In this document: positions 54,511 to 64,000 of the stretch, in pieces
Layout: every line of letters starts with the position of its first letter
Position numbering within the stretch: the stretch's first letter is position 1
Origin: the human T2T-CHM13v2.0 reference genome, Homo sapiens
Length of the DNA stretch: 64,000 bases
Assembly (NCBI RefSeq): GCF_009914755.1
Contig: NC_060935.1
Strand: one strand, 5' to 3'
Made by a program: the position numbers and the translations under genes
Notes under the pieces: model-generated
Database searches by the model: none
What the model was told of the DNA's origin: nothing
Seen by the model: the letters and a program-made list of their open reading frames with translations, nothing else

Positions 54511-57500
54511 AAATTTCCCAGAACTACACGGAAGCATTCTGAGAAACTTCTTTGTGATGTTTGCATTCAACTCACAAAGTTGAACCTTGCTTTCATAGTT
54601 CAGCTTTCAAACACTCTTTTTGTAGAATCTGCAAGTGCATATTTGGACCACTTTGTGGCCTTCCTTCGAAACGGGTATATCTTCACATCAAACCTAGACA
54701 GAAGCATTCTCAGAATGTTTCCTGTGATGACTGCATTCAACTCACAGAGGTGTACAATCCTGCTGATGGAGCAGTTTTGAAACTCTCTTTCTTTGGATTC
54801 TGCAAGTGGATATGTGGACCTCTGTGAAGATTTCTTTGGAAACGGGTTCATCTTCACAGAAAAAATAACCAGGAGCATTCTCAGAAACTGCTTTGTGATG
54901 TTTGTGTTCCACTTCAGGAATTGAACTTTCCTCTTGACAGAGCAGCTCTGAAACCCTCTTTTTCTAGAATCTGCAAGTGGACATTTGGAGGGCTTTGAGG
55001 CCTGTGGTGGAAAAGGAAAATCTTCACATAAAAACTAGATGGAAGTACTCTCAGAAACTACTTTGTGATGATTGCATTCGACTCACAGAGTTGAACATTC
55101 CTATAGATAGAGCAGGTTGTAAACAATCTTTTTGTAGAATCTGCGATTGGAGATTTGGACTGCTTTGAGGCCTACTGTAGTAAAGGAAATAACCTCATCT
55201 AAAAACCAAACGGAAGCATTCACAGACAATTCTTAGTGATCATTGGATTGAACTAACAGAGCTGAACATTCCTTTAGATGGCGCAGTTTCCAAACACACT
55301 TTCTGTAGAATCTGCCACTGGATGTTTGGACCTCTCTGAGGATTTCGTTGGAAACGGGCTAAACTTCCCAGAACTACACGGAAGCATTCTGAGAAACTTC
55401 TTTGTGATGTTTGCATTCAACTCACAGAGTTGAAACTTGCTTTCATAGTTCAGTTTCAAACACTCTTTTTGTAGAATCTGCAAGTGGATATTTGGACCAC
55501 TTTGTGGCCTTCCTTCGAAACGGGTATATCTTCACATCAAACCTAGACAGAAGCATTCTCAGAATGTTTTCTGTGATGACTGCATTCAACTCACAGAGGT
55601 GAACAATCCTGTTGATGGAGCAGTTTTGAAACTCTCTTTCTTTGGATTCTGCAAGTGGATATGTGGACCTCTGTGAAGATTTCGTTGGAAACGGGTTCAT
55701 CTTCACAGAAAAACTAAACAGGAGCATTCTCAGAAACTGCTTTGTGATGTTTGTGTTCCACTTCAAGAATTGAACTTTCCTCTTGACAGAGCAGCTCTGA
55801 AACCCTCTTTTTTTAGAATCTGCAAGTGGACATTTGGAGGGCTTTGAGGCCTGTGGTGGAAAAGGAAAATCTTCACATAAAAACTAGATGGAAGCATTCT
55901 CAGAAACTACTTTGTGATGATTGCATTCGACTCACAGAGTTGAACATTCCTATAGATAGAGCAGGTTGAAAACAATCTTTTTGTAGAATCTGCGATTGGA
56001 GATTTGGACTGCTTTGAGGCCTACTGTAGTAAAGGAAATAACTTCATCTAAAAACCAAACGGAAGCATTCACAGACAATTCTTAGTGATCATTGGATTGA
56101 ACTAACAGAGCTGAACATTCCTTTAGATGGCGCAGTTTCCAAACACACTTTCTGTAGAATCTGCAAGTGGATATTTGGACCTCTCTGAGGATTTCGTTGG
56201 AAACGGGATAAACTTCCCAGAACTACACGGAAGTATTCTGAGAAACTTCTTTGTGATGTTTGCATTCAACTCACAGAGTTGAACCTTGCTTTCATAGTTC
56301 AGCTTTCAAACACTCTTTTTGTAGAATCTGCAAGTGGATATTTGGACCACTTTGTGGCCTTCCTTCCAAACGGGTATATCTTCATATCAAACCTAGACAG
56401 AAGCATTCTCAGAATGTTTCCTGTGATGACTGCATTCAACTCACAGAGGTAAACAATCCTGCTGATGGAGCAGTTTTGAAACTCTCTTTCTTTGGATTCT
56501 GCAAGTGGATATGTGGACCTCTGTGAAGATTTCGTTGGAAACGGGTTCATCTTCACAGAAAAAATAACCAGGAGCATTCTCAGAAACTGCTTTGTGATGT
56601 TTGTGTTCCACTTCAGGAATTGAACTTTCCTCTTGACAGAGCAGCTCTGAAACCATCTTTTTCTAGAATCTGCAAGTGGACATTTGGAGGGCTTTGAGGC
56701 CTGTGGTGGAAAAGGAAACTCTTCACATAAAAACTAGATGGAAGCATTCTCAGAAACTACTTTGTGATGATTGCATTCGACTCACAGAGTTGAACATTCC
56801 TATAGATAGAGCAGGTTGTAAACAATCTTTTTGTAGAATCTGTGATTGGAGATTTGGACTGCTTTGAGTCCTACTGTATTAAAGGAAATAACTTCATCTA
56901 AAAACCAAACGGAAGCATTCACAGACAATTCTTAGTGATCATTGGATTGAACTAACAGAGCTGAACATTCCTTTAGATGGAGCAGATTCCAAACACACTT
57001 TCTGTAGAATCTGCAACTGGATATTTGGACCTCTCTGAGGATTTCGTTGGAAACGGGATAAACTTCCCAGAACTACACGGAAGCATTCTGAGAAACTTCT
57101 TTGTGATGTTTGCATTCAACTCACAGAGTTGAACCTTGCTTTCATAGTTCAGCTTTCAAACACTCTTTTTGTAGAATCTGCAAGTGGATATTTGGACCAC
57201 TTTTTGGCCTTCCTTCGAAACGGGTATATCTTCGCATCAAACCTAGACAGAAGCATTCTCACAATGTTTCCTGCGATGACTGCATTCAACTCACAGAGGT
57301 GAACAATCCTGCTGATGGAGCAGTTTTGAAACTCTCTTTCTTTGGATTCTGCAAGTGGATATGTGGACCTCTGTGAAGATTTCGTTGGAAACGGGTTCAT
57401 CTTCACAGAAAAACTAAACAGGAGCATTCTCAGAAACTGCTTTGTGATGTTTGTGTTCCACTTCAAGAATTGAACTTTCCTCTTGACAGAGCAGCTCTGA

Positions 57501-60500
57501 AACCCTCTTTTTCTAGAATCTGCAAGTGGACATTTGGAGGGCTTTGAGGCCTGTGGTGGAAAAGGAAAATCTTCACATAAAAACTAGATGGAAGCACTCT
57601 CAGAAACTACTTTGTGATGATTGCATTCGACTCACAGAGTTGAACATTCCTATAGATAGAGCAGGTTGTAAACAATCTTTTTGTAGAATCTGCGATTGGA
57701 GATTTGGACTGCTTTGAGGCCTACTGTAGTAAAGGAAATAACTTCATCTAAAAACCAAACGGAAGCATTCACAGACAATTCTTAGTGATCATTGGATTGA
57801 ACTAACAGAGCTGAACATTCCTTTAGATGGCGCAGTTTCCAAACACACTTTCTGTAGAATCTGCAAGTGGATATTTGGACCTCTCTGAGGATTTCGTTGG
57901 AAACGGGATAAACTTCCCAGAACTACACGGAAGTATTCTGAGAAACTTCTTTGTGATGTTTCCATTTAACTCACAGAGTTGAACCTTGCTTTCATAGTTC
58001 AGCTTTCAAACACTCTTTTTGTAGAATCTGCAAGTGGATATTTGGACCACTTTGTGGCCTTCCTTCCAAACGGGTATATCTTCACATCAAACCTAGACAG
58101 AAGCATTCTCAGAATGTTTCCTGTGATGACTGCATTCAACTCACAGAGGTAAACAATCCTGCTGATGGAGCAGTTTTGAAACTCTCTTTCTTTGGATTCT
58201 GCAAGTGGATATGTGGACCTCTGTGAAGATTTCGTTGGAAACGGGTTCATCTTCACAGAAAAAATAACCAGGAGCATTCTCAGAAACTGCTTTGTGATGT
58301 TTGTGTTCCACTTCAGGAATTGAACTTTCCTCTTGAGAGAGCAGCTCTGAAACCCTCTTTTTCTAGAATCTGCAAGTGGACATTTGGAGGGCTTTGAGGC
58401 CTGTGGTGGAAAAGGAAACTCTTCACATAAAAACTAGATGGAAGCATTCTCAGAAACTACTTTGTGATGATTGCATTCGACTCACAGAGTTGAACATTCC
58501 TATAGATAGAGCAGGTTGTAAACAATCTTTTTGTAGAATCTGTGATTGTAGATTTGGACTGCTTTGAGGCCTACTGTAGTAAAGGAAATAACTTCATCTA
58601 AAAACCAAACGGAAGCATTCACAGACAATTCTTAGTGATCATTGGATTGAGCTAACAGAGCTGAACATTCCTTTAGATGGAGCAGATTCCAAACACACTT
58701 TCTGTAGAATCTGCAACTGGATATTTGGACCTCTCTGAGGATTTCGTTGGAAACGGGATAAACTTCCCAGAACTACACGGAAGCATTCTGAGAAACTTCT
58801 TTGTGATGTTTGCATTCAACTCACAGAGTTGAACCTTGCTTTCATAGTTCAGCTTTCAAACACTCTTTTTGTAGAATCTGCAAGTGGATATTTGGACCAC
58901 TTTGTGGCCTTCCTTCGAAACGGGTATATCTTCACATCAAACCTAGACAGAAGCATTCTCAGAATGTTTTCTGTGATGACTGCATTCAACTCACAGAGGT
59001 GAACAATCCTGTTGATGGAGCAGTTTTGAAACTCTCTTTCTTTGGATTCTGCAAGTGGATATGTGGACCTCTGTGAAGATTTCGTTGGAAACGGGTTCAT
59101 CTTCACAGAAAAACTAAACAGGAGCATTCTCAGAAACTGCTTTGTGATGTTTGTGTTCCACTTCAAGAATTGAACTTTCCTCTTGACAGAGCAGCTCTGA
59201 AACCCTCTTTTTCTAGAATCTGCAAGTGGACATTTGGAGGGCTTTGAGGCCTGTGGTGGAAAAGGAAAATCTTCACATAAAAACTAGATGGAAGCATTCT
59301 CAGAAACTACTTTGTGATGATTGCATTCGACTCACAGAGTTGAACATTCCTATAGATAGAGCAGGTTGAAAACAATCTTTTTGTAGAATCTGCGATTGGA
59401 GATTTGGACTGCTTTGAGGCCTACTGTAGTAAAGGAAATAACTTCATCTAAAAACCAAACGGAAGCATTCACAGACAATTCTTAGTGATCATTGGATTGA
59501 ACTAACAGAGCTGAACATTCCTTTAGATGGCGCAGTTTCCAAACACACTTTCTGTAGAATCTGCAAGTGGATATTTGGACCTCTCTGAGGATTTCGTTGG
59601 AAACGGGATGAACTTCCCTGAACTACACGGAAGTATTCTGAGAAACTTCTTTGTGATGTTTGCATTCAACTCACAGAGTTGAACCTTGCTTTCATAGTTC
59701 AGCTTTCAAACACTCTTTTTGTAGAATCTGCAAGTGGATATTTGGACCACTTTGTGGCCTTCCTTCCAAACGGGTATATCTTCACATCAAACCTAGACAG
59801 AAGCATTCTCAGAATGTTTCCTGTGATGACTGCATTCAACTCACAGAGGTAAACAATCCTGCTGATGGAGCAGTTTTAAAACTCTCTTTCTTTGGATTCT
59901 GCAAGTGGATATGTGGACCTCTGTGAAGATTTCATTGGAAACGGGTTCATCTTCACAGAAAAAATAACCAGGAGCATTCTCAGAAACTGCCTTGTGATGT
60001 TTGTGTTCCACTTCAGGAATTGAACTTTCCTCTTGACAGAGCAGCTCTGAAACCCTCTTTTTCTAGAATCTGCAAGTGGACATTTGGAGGGCTTTGAGGC
60101 CTGTGGTGGAAAAGGAAACTCTTCACATAAAAACTAGATGGAAGCATTCTCAGAAACTACTTTGTGATGATTGCATTCGACTCACAGAGTTGAACATTCC
60201 TATAGATAGAGCAGGTTGTAAACAATCTTTTTGTAGAATCTGTGATTGGAGATTTGGACTGCTTTGAGGCCTACTGTCGTAAAGGAAATAACTTCATCTA
60301 AAAACCAAACGGAAGCATTCACAGACAATTCTTAGTGATCATTGGATTGAACTAACAGAGCTGAACATTCCTTTAGATGGAGCAGATTCCAAACACACTT
60401 TCTGTAGAATCTGCAACTGGATATTTGGACCTCTCTGAGGATTTCGTTGGAAACGGGCTAAACTTCCCAGAACTACACGGAAGCATTCTGAGAAACTTCT

Positions 60501-63500
60501 TTGTGATGTTTGCATTCAACTCACAGAGTTGAACCTTGCTTTCATAGTTCAGCTTTCAAACACTCTTTTTGTAGAATCTGCAAGTGGATATTTGGACCAC
60601 TTTGTGGCCTTCCTTCGAAACGGGTATATCTTCACATCAAACCTAGACAGAAGCATTCTCAGAATGTTTTCTGTGATGACTGCATTCAACTCACAGAGGT
60701 GAACAATCCTGTTGATGGAGCAGTTTTGAAACTCTCTTTCTTTGGATTCTGCAAGTGGATATGTGGACCTCTGTGAAGATTTCGTTGGAAACAGGTTCAT
60801 CTTCACAGAAAAACTAAACAGGAGCATTCTCAGAAACTGCTTTGTGATATTTGTGTTCCACTTCAAGAATTGAACTTTCCTCTTGACAGAGCAGCTCTGA
60901 AACCCTCTTTTTCTAGAATCTGCAAGTGGACATTTGGAGGGCTTTGAGGCCTGTGGTGGAAAAGGAAAATCTTCACATAAAAACTAGATGGAAGCATTCT
61001 CAGAAACTACTTTGTGATGATTGCATTCGACTCACAGAGTTGAACATTCCTATAGATAGAGCAGGTTGAAAACAATCTTTTTGTAGAATCTGCGATTGGA
61101 GATTTGGACTGCTTTGAGGCCTACTGTAGTAAAGGAAATAACTTCATCTAAAAACCAAACGGAAGCATTCACAGACAATTCTTAGTGATCATTGGATTGA
61201 ACTAACAGAGCTGAACATTCCTTTAGATGGAGCAGATTCCAAACACACTTTCTGTAGAATCTGCAACTGGATATTTGGACCTCTCTGAGGATTTCGTTGG
61301 AAACGGGATAAACTTCCCAGAACTACACGGAAGCATTCTGAGAAACTTCTTTGTGATGTTTGCATTCAACTCACAGAGTTGAACCTTGCTTTCATAGTTC
61401 AGCTTTCAAACACTCTTTTTGTAGATTCTGCAAGTGGATATTTGGACCACTTTTTGGCCTTCCTTCGAAACGGGTATATCTTCGCATCAAACCTAGACAG
61501 AAGCATTCTCACAATGTTTCCTGCGATGACTGCATTCAACTCACAGAGGTGAACAATCCTGCTGATGGAGCAGTTTTGAAACTCTCTTTCTTTGGATTCT
61601 GCAAGTGGATATGTGGACCTCTGTGAAGATTTCGTTGGAAACGGGTTCATCTTCACAGAAAAACTAAACAGGAGCATTCTCAGAAACTGCTTTGTGATGT
61701 TTGTGTTCCACTTCAAGAATTGAACTTTCCTCTTGACAGAGCAGCTCTGAAACCCTCTTTTTCTAGAATCTGCAAGTGGACATTTGGAGGGCTTTGAGGC
61801 CTGTGGTGGAAAAGGAAAATCTTCACATAAAAACTAGATGGAAGCACTCTCAGAAACTACTTTGTGATGATTGCATTCGACTCACAGAGTTGAACATTCC
61901 TATAGATAGAGCAGGTTGTAAACAATCTTTTTGTAGAATCTGCGATTGGAGATTTGGACTGCTTTGAGGCCTACTGTAGTAAAGGAAATAACTTCATCTA
62001 AAAACCAAACGGAAGCATTCACAGACAATTCTTAGTGATCATTGGATTGAACTAACAGAGCTGAACATTCCTTTAGATGGCGCAGTTTCCAAACACACTT
62101 TCTGTAGAATCTGCCACTGGATATTTGGACCTCTCTGAGGATTTCGTTGGAAACGGGCTAAACTTCCCAGAACTACACGGAAGCATTCTGAGAAACTTCT
62201 TTGTGATGTTTGCATTCAACTCACAGAGTTGAACCTTGCTTTCATAGTTCAGCTTTCAAACACTCTTTTTGTAGAATCTGCAAGTGGATATTTGGACCAC
62301 TTTGTGGCCTTCCTTCGAAACGGGTATATCTTCACATCAAACCTAGACAGAAGCATTCTCAGAATGTTTTCTGTGATGACTGCATTCAACTCACAGAGGT
62401 GAACAATCCTGTTGATGGAGCAGTTTTGAAACTCTCTTTCTTTGGATTCTGCAAGTGGATATGTGGACCTCTGTGAAGATTTCGTTGGAAACGGGTTCAT
62501 CTTCACAGAAAAACTAAACAGGAGCATTCTCAGAAACTGCTTTGTGATGTTTGTGTTCCACTTCAAGAATTGAACTTTCCTCTTGACAGAGCAGCTCTGA
62601 AACCCTCTTTTTCTAGAATCTGCAAGTGGACATTTGGAGGGCTTTGAGGCCTGTGGTGGAAAAGGAAAATCTTCACATAAAAACTAGATGGAAGCATTCT
62701 CAGAAACTACTTTGTGATGATTGCATTCGACTCACAGAGTTGAACATTCCTACAGATAGAGCAGGTTGAAAACAATCTTTTTGTAGAATCTGCGATTGGA
62801 GATTTGGACTGCTTTGAGGCCTACTGTAGTAAAGGAAATAACTTCATCTAAAAACCAAACGGAAGCATTCACAGACAATTCTTAGTGATCATTGGATTGA
62901 ACTAACAGAGCTGAACATTCCTTTAGATGGCGCAGTTTCCAAACACACTTTCTGTAGAATCTGCCACTGGATATTTGGACCTCTCTGAGGATTTCGTTGG
63001 AAACAGGATAAACTTCCCAGAACTACACGGAAGCATTCTGAGAAACTTCTTTGTGATGTTTGCATTCAACTCACAGAGTTGAACCTTGCTTTCATAGTTC
63101 AGCTTTCAAACACTCTTTTTGTAGAATCTGCAAGTGGATATTTGGACCACTTTGTGGCCTTCCTTCGAAACGGGTATATCTTCACATCAAACCTAGACAG
63201 AAGCATTCTCAGAATGTTTTCTGTGATGACTGCATTCAACTCACAGAGGTGAACAATCCTGCTGATGGACCAGTTTTGAAACTCTCTTTCTTTGGATTCT
63301 GCAAGTGGATATGTGGACCTCTGTGAAGATTTCGTTGGAAACGGGTTCATCTTCACAGAAAAACTAAACAGGAGCATTCTCAGAAACTGCTTTGTGATGT
63401 TTGTGTTCCACTTCAAGTATTGAACTTTCCTCTTGACAGAGCAGCTCTGAAACCCTCTTTTTCTAGAATCTGCAAGTGGACATTTGGAGGGCTTTGAGGC

Positions 63501-64000
63501 CTGTGGTGGAAAAGGAAACTCTTCACATAAAAACTAGATGGAAGCATTCTCAGAAACTACTTTGTGATGATTGCATTCAACTCACAGAGTTGAACATTCG
63601 TATAGATGGAGCAGGTTGTAAACAATCTTTTTGTAGAATCTGCGATTGGAGATTTGGACTGCTTTGAGGCCTACTGTAGTAAAGGAAATAACTTCATCTA
63701 AAAACCAAACGGAAGCATTCACAGACAATTCTTAGTGATCATTGGATTGAACTAACAGAGCTGAACATTCCTTTAGATGGCGCAGTTTCCAAACACACTT
63801 TCTGTAGAATCTGCCACTGGATATTTGGACCTCTCTGAGGATTTCGTTGGAAACGGGCTAAACTTCCCAGAAATACACGGAAGCATTCTGAGAAAATTCT
63901 TTGTGATGTCTGCATTCAACTCACAGAGGTGAACCTTGCTTTCATAGTTCAGCTTTCAAACACTCTTTTTGTAGGATCTGCAAGTGGATATTTGGACCAC

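Larger units (their letters stand above)
1..64000 (+). repeat. Alpha-satellite higher-order repeat array, 5-monomer 850-bp unit (~75 copies), SF3 type, most likely human chr11 centromeric array D11Z1
   Basis: Canonical alphoid motifs (cattctcagaaact, ctttgtgatg, tgcattcaactcacagag, gtagaatctgcaagtggatatttgga) recur every ~170 bp and near-identical sequence recurs every 850 bp. Equivalent ORF starts at 168 and 63060 differ by 62892 = 74x850-8. One XbaI site per unit. An ~0.85-kb XbaI pentamer is the established D11Z1 unit. Alpha-satellite call is certain; the chromosome assignment is somewhat less so. Confidence 0.96.

Noticed and set aside
168-63667. Roughly 200 short ORFs of 60-107 aa on both strands
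   Set aside because: They recur at the 850-bp period, mostly begin at TTG/GTG, overlap on opposite strands and are broken at random by SNVs and indels. They are translations of alpha satellite, not genes.
1-64000. CRISPR-like repeat-spacer array
   Set aside because: There are no unique spacers; the intervening sequence is itself repeated. No cas genes or leader are present.
1-64000. Transposon insertion (L1/Alu), inversion or non-satellite island
   Set aside because: The 850-bp phase is preserved end to end apart from eight 1-bp deletions, leaving no room for an insertion. No reverse-oriented monomers were seen.
1-64000. Assignment to other SF3 arrays (DXZ1 12-mer, D17Z1 16-mer, D1Z5 11-mer)
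   Set aside because: The basic period here is a clean 5-mer of 850 bp with high unit-to-unit identity, which does not match those HOR lengths.
1-64000. A previously undescribed gene-encoded biological system
   Set aside because: Nothing other than alpha satellite is present. Any novelty is limited to array-evolution and CENP-B box patterns.

Overview
The whole 64 kb window is one uninterrupted, single-orientation primate centromeric alpha-satellite array. It consists of ~171-bp monomers organised into a pentameric 850-bp higher-order repeat (HOR), about 75 copies, with one XbaI site per unit and a B-B-B-A-A box pattern. This fits suprachromosomal family 3 and most likely the human chromosome 11 array D11Z1; that assignment is from recognition and needs confirming by alignment. 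I see no genes, RNA genes, CRISPR arrays, mobile elements or inversions, and all listed ORFs are repeat artefacts. I found no evidence for a new gene-encoded system. The interesting structure lies in the variant pattern: nested duplications at offsets of 1, 3, 6, 8, 9 and 12 HORs, an A-B-A' haplotype layering, a CENP-B-box-depleted subdomain (~41.7-49.4 kb), a HOR variant in which one CENP-B box is lost and the normally dead neighbouring box is restored, and short gene-conversion-like tracts. All comparisons were made by eye, so breakpoints and counts are approximate.
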